From assembly GCA_963708025.1 (NCBI GenBank), contig CAVPSB010000012.1, positions 411,195 through 475,194 of the forward strand: a stretch of DNA of 64,000 nucleotides, in the 5' to 3' direction. This DNA comes from an uncultured Candidatus Rokubacteria bacterium (lineage in GTDB: Bacteria; Methylomirabilota; Methylomirabilia; Rokubacteriales; DASRDR01). How positions within the stretch are numbered: position 1 is the first letter of the stretch; every line of letters begins with the position of its first letter. The notes under the pieces are model-generated. The model was not told the origin of the DNA and made no database searches. It saw nothing but the letters and a program-made list of their open reading frames with translations. Shown in pieces: positions 18,978-30,171 of this stretch. A program made the translations under genes and the position numbers.

Positions 18978-19806
18978 GCCGAACGAGCGGCCGGCCTGGG
19001 ACGGCGTGATCGAGTGGCCGGTTCCCGACCGTGCCCGCAAGCCGCGGGAGAGCGGCTGGACGATGGTGATCGACAAGGTGCTCGGCCTTCACGTCATCGA
19101 CGACCTGATGCAGGTCGCCGCCCCGGTGATCGACGTCGTGAAGCTCACGTTCGGGACCTCGGCCTTCTTCGGCTACGACCTGCTGAAGGAGAAGGTCCGG
19201 ACCATCGTCGCCCACGGCGTGGACTGCATGCCCGGCGGCACCCTCGGCGAGGTCGCGCTCTGGCAAGGGGCCTACGACCGGTATCTCGATCGGGCTCGGG
19301 CCCTCGGCTTCACCGCGATGGAGGTCTCCGACGGCACGATCGAGATGGACGCGAAGACCCGGGCGGAGGCCATCACCCGGGCGGTGAAGGCCGGCTTCCG
19401 GGTGCTGTCCGAGGTCGGCAAGAAGGACCCGAGCGACGCCCAGCCGATGGCCGTCCTGGCCGACACCGTGAACGCCGACCTCGACCACGGCGCCTTCATG
19501 GTCATCATGGAGGCCCGGGAGGCGGGCAAGGGGGTCGGCATCTACGACGCCTCCGGCCTGCCGAAGGAAGCCGAGATCGACGCGTTCCTGGCGGGCGTCC
19601 GGGACCCCGCGCGCATCCTCTGGGAGGCGCCGCTCGGCCCCCAGCAGCGCTACCTCGTCCTCCGCTTCGGCCCCAACGTGAGCCTCGGCAACGTCGCGCC
19701 CGAGGACATCCTGGCCCTGGAGGCGCTCCGCTGCGGCCTCCGGGGGGACACGCTGAAGCGGGCGTGGCTGGCCAACCGAGATTACCGCCCGCGTGGCGCC
19801 GGCTAA
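18970..19806 (+). CDS. comA: Phosphosulfolactate synthase (ComA) family
   Basis: KPRESGWTMVIDK, KLTFGTS, PGGTLGE, EVSDG, SEVGKK, EAP, FGPNVSLGNV, LEALRCGLRGDT. Confidence 0.92.
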   Translation: MTEPNERPAWDGVIEWPVPDRARKPRESGWTMVIDKVLGLHVIDDLMQVAAPVIDVVKLTFGTSAFFGYDLLKEKVRTIVAHGVDCMPGGTLGEVALWQGAYDRYLDRARALGFTAMEVSDGTIEMDAKTRAEAITRAVKAGFRVLSEVGKKDPSDAQPMAVLADTVNADLDHGAFMVIMEAREAGKGVGIYDASGLPKEAEIDAFLAGVRDPARILWEAPLGPQQRYLVLRFGPNVSLGNVAPEDILALEALRCGLRGDTLKRAWLANRDYRPRGAG

Positions 19807-20087
19807 ACATCATGTTCAACAACATGACCACGGGCAAGGGCACGCCGGTCGTGGATCCCCGGGTGCGCCGACCGCATGGCGCTGGGATGGGAGTACAACT
19901 TCGCGAGCCCGCGCCACTCGACGCTGCTCCACCGTCCGGGGCGTTCTCGGGGTTCGTCGCCTGCGCTGTGCTCGTGCCGGGGCGCAACGTCGGCGTGTTC
20001 GTCGCCACCAACCGCGACGCCGACCTCCTCCGGCTCATCGGGCTGATGGCCAGCGTGAACATGGTCGCGGGGATCGCGCCCCGCTGA
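19807..20087 (+). pseudogene. 3' remnant of a serine hydrolase/AmpH-like gene
   Basis: Frameshifted pieces MALGWEY... and SGAFSGFVACAVLVPGRNVGVFVATNR resemble a beta-lactamase-family C-terminus. Confidence 0.5.
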
Positions 20088-20113
20088 TCCGACCGGCGCC
20101 GCTCGCGAGCCCC

Positions 20114-22859
20114 CTACTCGATCCGCAAGCCCCGGGGGAGGGCGTCGCCGAGGACCAGCCGCTGCTCGTCCTCGCGGAGCGGGCCGCCCTCGCGAACCAG
20201 CTCGACGTGGTGCGCCGCGGCCCCCCGCTCGACGAGCCAGGCCGCCACCGCCTGGCGCCGGGTGGCCGGCAGGTCGCGGTAGCGGTCGCCGGTGCGGCGG
20301 GCGAGCTGGACGAGGTGGAAGGGCGTGCCCGGGTCCGGGAGCCCGAGCGCCACGAGGCGACCGACCCAGTCCTCCACCACCTCGGCCGGCACGAGCGCGT
20401 TCAGCGGCCCGTACACCGGGACGCGGGCCCCGAGGCGGCCGAGCGCCCAGAGGGCGGCCTCGCGGAGGACGGGCTCCCGGCTCCGGCCGGCCAGGTCGAG
20501 CGCCAGCCCGCCCAGCTCGACCTTCGCGCTCGCCGGCAGGAGCTCGAGGGCGCCGAGGAGCCGCCAGACCTCCGCGCGCTCGTGGAGCCCCGTCCGGCCG
20601 GCCGGCTCCCGCAGCGCGGCGGTGAGCGGGCCGGCTAGCGTCTGCTGCTGGCCGGCGGTCATGCCCCCGGCGGTCCGGCGCCAGAGGATCCACCACTCGG
20701 CGCGGCAGCCCTCGTTCCGCGGGTGCGCGACCCCGCCCGCGAAGAGCCGCCAGGTCTGGGCCACCCGCCAGTCGTCGAGCGCCAGGCCGAAGCCGGGGCG
20801 GAGGGTGTAGCCGGTCAGGTTGAGCCAGCGCGTCTCGTGCGCCGGTGACCGGCGGCGGCAGTCGCCGGCCTCGCGGAGCGCGTCCCACAGGCTGCGCAGG
20901 AGCGTCGGGGGCCACTGGGCGCGGCCGAGCTCGGTGGCCGCCTCGAGCCGCTTGACGAGGCCGCCGGGGTCCGCCGCCGGACTCCCCGGCGCGGGCCCGA
21001 AGGCCTGGCGGACCAGGTCGGCCGCCCGCGTCCGGACCGCCTCGTCGAGGATCCCCCCGGCCTCGCCCGCGGCGTCGGCGTCCCGGCCGCCGCGCGGCCC
21101 GCCCCGCGCGTCGAACTGGAGCCGCCAGCGCCGGTCCCCGGAGAGCTCCGCGCACCAGAGGTCGAGGGTGCCGATCTCTGTCAGCCGCGCGTGGAGCCGG
21201 ACCGGCACCGCGGCCGCCGCGCTCCGCTTGCCGGACTGGAGCACGGTGCGGATCGGCGGCAGTGGCGTCAGCTCTCGCGGTCGACGACCACCAGCGCGCC
21301 CGCGCGGTCCCCGGTGCGCGTCGTGGACAGGAAGAGCGGGAACTCGACCGGCTGGCGGATCAGCAGCTCGAAGGTCTGCGGCAGCTCGGTCTCCTCGCCC
21401 TCCTCGGTGCCGGCGGGCACGAGGCACACCGCCTCCGCCGCCGTCGCCTCGCGGCGCGCCACGCCGACGTAGTACGCCTGGGCGAGGCCGCCGGCGATCC
21501 GGACGCCCTCGCCGCGGCGCACCATGCCGTAGTACGCCGCCCCCCGCGCGACGGCCAGGTCGAGCCGGTCGCTGGCGAGCCGCTCCGGGCGGCCCTCGCC
21601 GTACCAGCTCTGGAGGACCTCGGCCAGCCGCCGCTGCAGCGCGGGCGAGTCGAAGACGCCGCCGTTGAAGAGCACGAGGTCGGGCGCCGCCCCGGCCGGG
21701 CGGTGCGCCCGCAGGAACGCCGCCAGGTAGCGCGTGATGGCCGGGTCGGGCGCGTAGGGGAGGCCGAACTCCTGGAAGCCCGCGCGCCGGGCGGCCGGCA
21801 CGTCGTCGGGGCCGACCCGCGGGAAGAAGCCGTCGACGAGCAGGGCCTCGGCCTCCGCGCGGCCGACCTCGACCTGGCGCGCGCCGCCGATCAGGCGGGT
21901 GCCGGCCACCGCGACGTTGACGGCGAGCCGCTCGGGGGCGTCTCGCCCAGGAGCGGCTCCTTGACCTCGCGGCACCGGCGGACCAGCACGCCCCAGTCGC
22001 GCGGCGCCAGCTCGCCCTCGGGCCCCAGCCGCTGCTCGACGTGGTGGGCCAGGGCCAGGTCGAGGTTGTCGCCGCCGAGGATCAGGTGCTCGCCGACGGC
22101 CACGCGATGGAACCGGAGCCCGCCGCCCGCCCCGCTCCCGCTGGAGCTCGCGGGACCCGATCAGCGTGAAGTCGGAGGTGCCGCCGCCGATGTCGCAGAC
22201 CAGGATCTTCTGGCCCGCGGCCACCCGCTCGGCCCACTTGTCGCCCTGGCGCTAGATCCAGGCGTAGAAGGCGGCCTGCGGCTCCTCGATCAGCACGACC
22301 CGCGGCAGCCCGGCCCGGGCGGCGGCCTTGACGGTCAGCTCGCGGGCCACCTCGTCGAACGAGGCCGGCAGCGTGAGCACGACGTCCTGCGCCTCGAGCG
22401 GATGGGCCGGGTGGCGGTCGTCCCAGGCGTCGCGCACGTGGGCCAGGTAGCGACCGCTGACCTCGACCGGCGAGAGCCGCTCGACGTCGGCGGCGCCGTG
22501 CCACGGCAGGAGCGGGGCCGTGCGGTCCACGCCGGCGTGGCAGAGCCAGGACTTGGCCGAGGCGATCAGCCGGCCGGGGACGGCGGCCCCGTGGTCGCGG
22601 GCGAAGACGCCGACCGCGTGGTCCGGCTCCCCGGCGTGCCAGGGCAGCCGCAGCGCGCCCGCCGGGAGCTCCCCGGCGGCCGGCTGGTAGTGGAACGACG
22701 GGAGCGTGTCCCGCGCCTCGACCCGCCCGGGGCCACCAACTGCGGGAGGGGGACATCCTCGACGTCCACGGCTCGGCCCGCCGTGTCGACGTAGGCGACC
22801 GCCGAGTTCGTCGTGCCCAGGTCGATGCCGACGACGAACCGCGCGGCCTCGCAGCTCAC
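20114..22859 (-). pseudogene. Hsp70/DnaK-related protein with DUF3731-like C-terminal domain (multiple frameshifts and one in-frame TAG)
   Basis: GIDLGTTNS, TLPASFDEVAR, EEPQAAFYAW, DIGGGTSDF, GGDNLD, LFNGGVF, AVARGAAYY; WLNLTGYTLRPGFG, EWWILWRR; GTGA coupling to the upstream gene. Confidence 0.8.
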
Positions 22860-24713
22860 GCAGCCGGGGTCTCCTCCCGGACGCTGAACTCCAGCTTCCA
22901 CCGGTCCGCCGACACCTGGCTCACGCACCACAGCTCGAAGACGCCCAGCTCGGTGATCCGCGAGTGGAAGCGGACCGGCACGGCCCCTTGCTCGGCGCTC
23001 GCCGCCGGCGGGAGCGTGGCCTCCAGCGAGTCGGTCTCGGCCAGCTCGCCCTCGGCCCAGCGCCGCAGCACGTCGCCGGGCTGGTCGTGCTTCCGCACCG
23101 GGAGCTGAAGAAGCGGAACTGGGCCGGCTCGCCCGACGACCAGGCCGATACTCGCCGAGGGCACGTCGGCCTCGGTGCCTTCCTCCATGCCGATGGGCAC
23201 CACGCACAGCGCCGGCAGCGGCCGCGGGGCCCCGGGGACCGCCAGGCCGGCGGTCTCGATGCCGACGTAGTACGCCCGGGCCGTGCCGCCGCGGATGCGC
23301 ACGCCGCCGCCCTGCTTGACCCAGCCGTAGTAGGCCGCGCCGCGGGCGACGGCGTGGTCGAGGTCGGGCGCCGCCTCCAGGGCGACGCGGCGGCCGCGGC
23401 CGGGAACCAGCGGCCGAGCACCTCCAGCAGCGCGCTCGCGCAGGGCCTCGGCCTTGAACACGCCGCCGTTGAAGAGCACGTGCGTCGGCCGGGCCGGCCC
23501 GGCCTTCGCCGTGGACCTGCGAGGAACGCGGCCAGGTGCCGGGTGACGGCCGTGTCGGACTCGAACGGCAGGCCGAGCTCCCGGAAGCCGGACGCCCGCC
23601 GCCGGGCCGGCCGCTCGTCGAGGCCGGCGAGCGGGAAGAAGCCGTCCACCAGCAGGGCCGCCGCGCTCTTCCGCGTCGACTTCGACCGAGACCGTGCCGC
23701 CGATCAGCCTGCTGCCGCGGCCGAGGACGGCGACCGGATGGCTGTCCGGCCCGCCCGCGGCCAGGAGCGCTTCCTTGGCCGCGCGGCACGAGTGCCACAG
23801 GGCGACCGACTGCCAGGGATCGAGGCCGACGCCCCTCTCGGCGAAGGCGCCGGCGACGAGGTGGGCCAGGGCCAGGTCCATGTTGTCGCCGCCGACCAGC
23901 AGGTGGTTGCCGACGGCGATCCGCCGCAGCACCAGCTCGCCCTCCTCCTCGGCCACGCCGACCAGCGTCAGGTCGGTCGTGCCGCCGCCCACGTCGCAGA
24001 CCAGGAGCATGTCGCCGACGGCGACCCGCCGCCGCCAGCGCTCGCCGGTGTCGGCCAGCCAGGCGTAGACGGCGGCCTGCGGCTCTTCGAGCAGGACGAG
24101 CGTCTCGGGCAGGCCGGCGGCCAGCGCCGCCTCGCGCGTCAGCTCGCGCGCGCTGGCGTCGAACGAGGCGGGCACGGTGAGCACGACCTGCTGCTCGGCG
24201 AGCGGGGCGTCGGGCAACGCCGCCTCCCAGGCCGCGACCAGGTGCTCCAGGTAGCGCCGCGAGGCCGCGACCGGCGAGACCTTGGCGACCTCGGCCGGGG
24301 CGTTCCAGGGCAGGATCGGCCTGGCGCCGATCCACCGCGGTGTAGGCCAGCCACGACTTGGCCGCCGCGACCGTGCGGTCCGGCACCTCGGCCGCCTGGC
24401 GCCGGGCGAGCTCGCCGACCCCCCAGCTCCGGCCCCGGCTCCAGGGGAGGTCGAGCGTCCCGGCCCGGGCCTCCTCGTCCCTCCCGAGATAGAGGAACGA
24501 GGGCAGCATCGGCCGCGCCTCGACCGTCGCCGGGGCGACGAGCTGGGGAACGGCGAGCAGCACCGGCCGGGCGTCCGCCTCCGGGTCGAGCGGCGCGAAG
24601 GCGAGGACGCTGTTGGTGGTGCCGAGATCGATGCCGACCGCGTACTTTACCGGCCCGGGCCGGGGCCCGGTCCTACCCGCGGGCACCGACGGCTCCGCTG
24701 TCCCCAGGCTCAC
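22856..24713 (-). pseudogene. Hsp70/DnaK-related protein (multiple frameshifts)
   Basis: GIDLGTTNS, TVPASFDASAR, EEPQAAVYAW, DVGGGTTDL, GGDNMD, GMEEGT, WKLEFSVR spread over three frames. Confidence 0.8.
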
Positions 24714-25324
24714 CGGATCTCGACCTCTGCCGGGGCGATCACCCGCGCCGCCGCCGGGCTCCCCGTCCAGACGGGGAGCTCCACGCGCGTCGCCTCCCAG
24801 CCGGGGTGCCGGAGCGTGCCGCGATACGGCGGCTGGCCCGCTACCTTGCCGGTGAGCCGCAGGGCGGCGGCGTCGAACCCGGGCGGGACGCCGACGTCCG
24901 CGCCTTCCGGCTCCTGGCGCAGCGGGCGCACGGCGAAGAGCCGCTCGAGGACGGCGGCGCCGTCCCGCTGGACGTCGCGGACGACCGCGCCGATCTGGGC
25001 GTCGCTGTAGCCGTCCAGGGATTCTTTGAAGAAGTCCACGAGCCGAGCCTCCTGCTGGAGGATGCCGAGGAGGCTCAGGGCCTCGCTGCGGGCCGGCGGG
25101 GCCGGCTTCGGCTCGGCGCGGACGGCGGGCGCTGGCTCGGGGCGGACGGCCGGCGCCGCCGCCGGCTGCGGGGCCGCGAGCCGCTCGGCCGCCGCCGGGT
25201 CGCGCAGCACCCGCCACGCGAGGCGGAGCCGCGGGCCGGCCCACGCCGCGACGACGAGGGCGACCAGGCCGATCACGGCCAGGAGGCCCACCAGCACCGC
25301 GAGGACGATCGGGATCCCGTTCAT
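24710..25324 (-). CDS. DUF2760 family membrane-anchored protein
   Basis: TM; ALSLLGILQQEARLVDF, DAQIGAVVRDV, GTLRHPGW, APAEVEI. Confidence 0.85.
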   Translation of the reverse strand: MNGIPIVLAVLVGLLAVIGLVALVVAAWAGPRLRLAWRVLRDPAAAERLAAPQPAAAPAVRPEPAPAVRAEPKPAPPARSEALSLLGILQQEARLVDFFKESLDGYSDAQIGAVVRDVQRDGAAVLERLFAVRPLRQEPEGADVGVPPGFDAAALRLTGKVAGQPPYRGTLRHPGWEATRVELPVWTGSPAAARVIAPAEVEIR

Positions 25325-25389
25325 GCTTCGCTCCTCATGCAGACTAGGGTACCAGCGCCCGGCCCGCCGTGCTGCCGGCGTGTAAGCTC

Positions 25390-25707
25390 TGGACCGGCGT
25401 GGCGTTCCACCTGCCCGGGGGGCTGCGGGTCGAGGCGGAGACGGCGCCGCCCGCGGCTTACCACGCGCTCCTCCACGCCCTCACCGGCTCGGAGGCCCAC
25501 CGGGCGCGCCTGGTCGAGCGGGCGGCCCGGCTCGGGCTCGTCGTGGGGCTGTCGGTGCCGCCGACCGTGCCGAGCTGGGGGAACATGCTGGCCGACGGGC
25601 GGAGCTACCTGACGACGTCGTGGTGAATCGCCACGTTTCCCGGGCTGGCCATCCTGGGAGCGACCACCGGCATCAACCTCCTCGGCGACTGGCTGCGCCA
25701 GCTCTGA
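25390..25707 (+). pseudogene. Chimeric debris: PolX-like fragment fused to a DppC ABC-permease 3' end
   Basis: LLHALTGSEAHRARLVERAARLGL (PolX-like) then PSWGNMLADGRSYLTTSW*IATFPGLAIL...INLLGDWLR. Confidence 0.6.
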
Positions 25708-25759
25708 GCCCCCGGCTCCTCTTGTAACCTCTTCGCCGTCTGTGCGATTCTAGGGGCCC

Positions 25760-27268
25760 GTGCGCTACGGCTTCGTCATCGACCAGACCCGCTGCATCGG
25801 CTGTCACGCCTGTACCGTCGCCTGCAAGGAAGAGAACCGGGTGCCCCTCGGCGCGTTCCGGACCTGGGTCAAGTACGTCGAGAAGGGCGAGTTCCCGAAC
25901 ACGCGACGGCACTTCGCGGTCCTCCGCTGCAACCACTGTGACAATGCGCCGTGCGTGACCATCTGTCCGACCGTGGCCCTGTACCGCCGGGCCGACGGCA
26001 TCGTGGACTTCGACGGCGACCGCTGCATCGGCTGCAAGTCGTGCATGCAGGCCTGCCCCTACGACGCGCTCTACATCGACCCCGACACCCTCACCGCGGC
26101 CAAGTGCCACTTCTGCGCCCACCGGGTGGAGCGCGGGCTCGAGCCGGCGTGCGTCATCGTCTGTCCCGAGCGGGCGATCCTGGCCGGCGATCTCGACGAC
26201 CCGGCGAGCGAGGTCGCCCGCATCGTCGCCCGCGCGCAGGTCGCGGTCCGGAAGCCGGAGCAGGGAACCCGACCCAAGCTCTTCTACGTAGGTGCCGACG
26301 CCGCCGCGCTGACGCCGCAGATGCTGCAGCCGGCCGAGGCCTTCCTGTGGGGGCAGCCGCGGCATCCCGCGGCGCCGGTCTCCGAGGACGGGGCGCCGGA
26401 CCGGCGCGCGACCCCGAAGGCGGTGGAGACGCTCGGCCGCACGGTCTACGACGTGCCGCACGAGCCCCGGCCCTGGGGCTGGCGGGTCTCGGCGTACCTC
26501 TGGACCAAGTCCATCGCGGCCGGGGTGGCGCTCGTCGCCGGCCTCGGGACTCTCGGCCGGTGGCCGAAGGCCGGCGGGGTCGGGCTGCCGCTCCTGGCGC
26601 TCCTCTTCCTGCTGCTCACGACGGTCCTGCTGGTCGCCGACCTCAAGCGCCCCGACCGGTTCCACTACATCCTCTTCAAGGCGAATCCCCGGTCGTGGCT
26701 CGTCTGGGGCGCGTGGATCCTCATGGGCTTCGGCCTCGTCCTGGGGCTCTGGCTGGTGGCGGTCGTGACCGGGCGCCCGGCCCTGCTCGCGCTCCTGGCG
26801 GTCCCCCTCGTCGCGCTCGCGCTGGCGGCGGCCGGTTACAGCGCGCTCCTGTTCGCCCAGGCCGAGGGGCGCGACGCCTGGCAGAGCCCGCTCGTCCTGC
26901 CCCACCTCCTCGTGACGGCGCCGATGGCGGGGGCGGCGGCCGCGCTCGTCATGTACGGGCCGAGCCCGGTGCTCCGGGGCGGTTTCCTGGCCGCCCTCGG
27001 TGCGGGGCTGCTGCTGATCCTGGCCGAGCTGTACACGCCCCACGCTAACGTGGACGCCGCCGCGGCGGCACGGGCGATCACCCACGGACCATCGCGGCCG
27101 GGGTTCTGGGGCGGCGTGGTGATCGGCGGCCACCTGCTCCCGGCGTTCCTGCTCCTCGTCTGGCCCTCGGGGGCCACGGCGGCCATCGCCGGCCTGCTTG
27201 CGCTCGGCGGCCTCTATCTCTGGGAAGACTGCTGGGTGAAGGCCGGCCAGACCCCAGCTCTGAGCTGA
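25760..27268 (+). CDS. Fused 4Fe-4S ferredoxin (NrfC/PsrB-like) + NrfD/PsrC membrane anchor
   Basis: CIGCHACTVAC, CNHCDNAPCVTICP, CIGCKSCMQACP, KCHFC; ADLKRPDRF, SWLVWGAWIL. Confidence 0.9.
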   Translation: MRYGFVIDQTRCIGCHACTVACKEENRVPLGAFRTWVKYVEKGEFPNTRRHFAVLRCNHCDNAPCVTICPTVALYRRADGIVDFDGDRCIGCKSCMQACPYDALYIDPDTLTAAKCHFCAHRVERGLEPACVIVCPERAILAGDLDDPASEVARIVARAQVAVRKPEQGTRPKLFYVGADAAALTPQMLQPAEAFLWGQPRHPAAPVSEDGAPDRRATPKAVETLGRTVYDVPHEPRPWGWRVSAYLWTKSIAAGVALVAGLGTLGRWPKAGGVGLPLLALLFLLLTTVLLVADLKRPDRFHYILFKANPRSWLVWGAWILMGFGLVLGLWLVAVVTGRPALLALLAVPLVALALAAAGYSALLFAQAEGRDAWQSPLVLPHLLVTAPMAGAAAALVMYGPSPVLRGGFLAALGAGLLLILAELYTPHANVDAAAAARAITHGPSRPGFWGGVVIGGHLLPAFLLLVWPSGATAAIAGLLALGGLYLWEDCWVKAGQTPALS

Positions 27269-27285
27269 CGCGGAGACCCCCGACC

Positions 27286-30136
27286 ATGCCCCCCTCCGAG
27301 CCGCTCCACCCCGTCGCCCGCGACCTGACCCCGGCGCTCCAGAGCTACCCACCGGCGTCCCGCTGGGACGACTGGGAGGAGTACGACCCGGTCGCGTGGC
27401 CCAAGAAGGTGGCGCGGCGCTACCGGCTCATCCCGACCATCTGCTTCAACTGCGAGGCGGCCTGCGGGCTCCTCGCCTACGTGGATCGCGAGACGGGGAA
27501 GGTCCAGAAGTTCGAGGGGAACCCCGAGCACGCGGGGAGCCGGGGGCGGAACTGCGCCAAGGGCCCGGCCACCCTGAACCAGATCGAGGACCCCGAGCGG
27601 ATCCGCCATCCCCTCAAGCGGGTGGGGAAGCGGGGCGCCGGCCAGTGGCAGCGGGTCAGCTGGGACGAGGCGCTCGACGACATCGCGGCGCGGGTGCGCC
27701 GCGCGCTGGCCGAGGGCCGCCGCAACGAGATCATGTACCACGTCGGCCGCCCCGGCCACGAGCTGGTTTACCACCAGCGGATTCTCCACGCCTGGGGGAT
27801 CGACGGCCACAACTCCCACACCAACGTCTGCTCCGCCTCGGCCCGCGCCGGCTACGCCTTCTGGCACGGCTTCGACCGCCCGTCCCCGGACCACAGCCAG
27901 GCCCGCTTCATCCTCCTGCTCTCGTCGCACCTCGAGACCGGCCACTACTTCAACCCCCACGCCCAGCGGATCATGGAGGCGAAGCAGCGGGGGGCGAAGG
28001 TCTGCGCCATCGACACCCGGCTCTCGAACACGGCGTCGATGGCCGACTACTGGCTGTCGACGTGGCCGGGGACCGAGGCGGCCGTCCTGCTCGCGATGTG
28101 CCAGATGATCATCAGCGAGCGGTCCTACGACCGGGAGTTCCTCCGGCGCTGGACGAACTGGGACGTCTACCTGCGCGAGGAGCACCCCGGCCAGCCGTGC
28201 ACCTTCGAGAGCTTCGAGGCCCTCCTGCCCGGGCTCTACGCCGAGTACACGCCGGAGTTCGCGGAGCGGGAGTCGGGGGTTCCGGCGGCGACCATCGTGG
28301 AGGTGGCGCGCGAGGTGGCCCGGGCCGGCTCGGCGCTCTCGACCCACGTCTGGCGGAACGCGGCGGCCGGGAACCTGGGGGGCTGGCAGGTGGCGCGGGC
28401 CCTCGAGCTGCTGGTCGTGCTGATGGGCGCCGTCGCCATGCCGGGCGGCACCGCCCCGAGCTTCTGGAACAAGGCCGTCCCGGCCCCGCCGCTGATGCCG
28501 CCGCCGGCCAAGGTGTGGAGCGAGCTGCTCTACCCGCGCGAGTACCCGCTGGCCTTCTTCGAGATGAGCTTCCTGCTCCCCCACTTCCTGAAGGAAGGGC
28601 GGGGCAAGCTCGACACCTACTTCACCCGGGTCTACAACCCGGTCTGGACCAACCCCGACGGCTTGTCCTGGATCGAGATGCTGACCGACGAGGCCCGGCT
28701 GGGCCTCCACGTCTGCCTGACGCCGATCTGGAGCGAGACCGCGTGGTTCGCCGACTACGTGCTGCCGATGGGCCACGGCTCCGAGCGCCACGACCTCATG
28801 AGCCAGGAGACCCACGCCGCCCGCTGGATCGGCTTCCGCCAGCCGGTGCTCCGGGTGGCGATGGAGCGGGCCGGCCGGCGCTTCGCCACCACGTGGGAGG
28901 CCCACGCCGCCGCCGGCGTCGGCGAGATCTGGGAGGAGGACGAGTTCTGGATCGAGCTGTCCTGGCGGATCGACCCGGACGGCGCCCTCGGCATCCGGAA
29001 GTACTTCGAGTCGCCGGCCCGGCCCGGGGACGAAGCTCACCGTCGACGACTTCTACGGCTGGATGTTCGAGCACTCGGTGCCCGGGCTGCCGGCCGCCGC
29101 CGCCAAGGAAGGGCTGACCCCGCTCCAGTACATGCGGAAGTACGGCGCCTTCCTGGTGGAGGACGGGGTCTACCGGACCCACGAGAAGACGCTGGGGCCG
29201 GGCGAGCTCGAGGGCGCGACCGTCGAGCCCGCGACCGGGCTCATCACGAAGGGCGGAGCCGCGATCGGCGTCCAGATCGACGGCCAGGCGATGGCCGGCT
29301 TCCCGACGCCGTCGCGGAAGCTGGAGCTCTACTCGACGACGCTCCGGGACTGGAAGTGGCCGGAGTACGCGCTGCCCGGCTACATCCGGAGCCACGTCCA
29401 CTGGTCCCAGATGGACCGGAGCAAGAACGAGTTCCTGCTGCTCCCGACCTTCCGGCTGCCCACGCTCATCCACACCCGCTCCGGCAACGCCAAGTGGCTC
29501 TACGAGATCTCGCACTCGAACCCGGTGTGGCTGCACCCCCGCGACGCCGACCGGCTCGGGGTCCGGACCAACGACCTGGTGAAGGTCGCCACCGAGATCG
29601 GCTCGTTCGTGGACAAGGTCTGGGTCACCGAGTCGATCCGGCCGGGGATCGTCGCCTGCTCCCACCACCTGGGGCGCTGGCGCCTGGCCGAGGAGACCGG
29701 CGGCGACCGCTGGTCCACCGCGCTGGTGGACCTCCGGCCGGACGGCGCCGGCCGCTGGCGGATGCGGACGATCCACGGGATCCGGCCCTTCCCGAGCGAG
29801 GACCCGGACTCGAGCCGCGTCTTCTGGGAGGACGCCGGGGTCCACCAGAACCTGACCTTCCCCGTCCAGCCCGACCCGGTCAGCGGCCAGCACTGCTGGC
29901 ACCAGAAGGTGCGCGTCGAGCGGGCCGGCGTGGACGACCGCTACGGCGACGTCGTGGTCGACACCAACAAGGCGCACGACGTCTACCGCCGCTGGCTCAA
30001 CATGACCCGGCCGGCGCCGGGACCCGGGGGCCTGCGGCGCCCGCTCTGGCTGCCCCGGGCCTACAAGCCCGATCCCTCGAGTTACCGGTTGACAGAAGGG
30101 AGCGACGTCCCGAAGGCCGAAGGCCGTCCGAACTAG
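27286..30136 (+). CDS. Molybdopterin oxidoreductase catalytic subunit (one frameshift at ~29027)
   Basis: CFNCEAAC...CAKG FS0 cluster, HTNVC, SETAWFADYVLP, C-terminal MGD-binding domain; an extra G in GGGG splits the frames; no Tat signal. Confidence 0.88.
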
Positions 30137-30168
30137 GCCGAAGGCCGGAGCCGTCGCGACCAGATGGA
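30098..30168. repeat. Core of the GGCCGAAGGCC repeat family at the Mo-enzyme/ThDP-enzyme junction
   Basis: AGGCCGAAGGCCGTCCGAAC is shared with ~48103-48122; two GGCC-GAA-GGCC hairpins. Confidence 0.7.
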
Positions 30169-30171
30169 GAC

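Noticed and set aside
22252-22254. In-frame TAG as pyrrolysine or recoding
   Set aside because: No pyl genes are seen, TAG is a normal stop elsewhere in the window, and the region is full of errors or decay.
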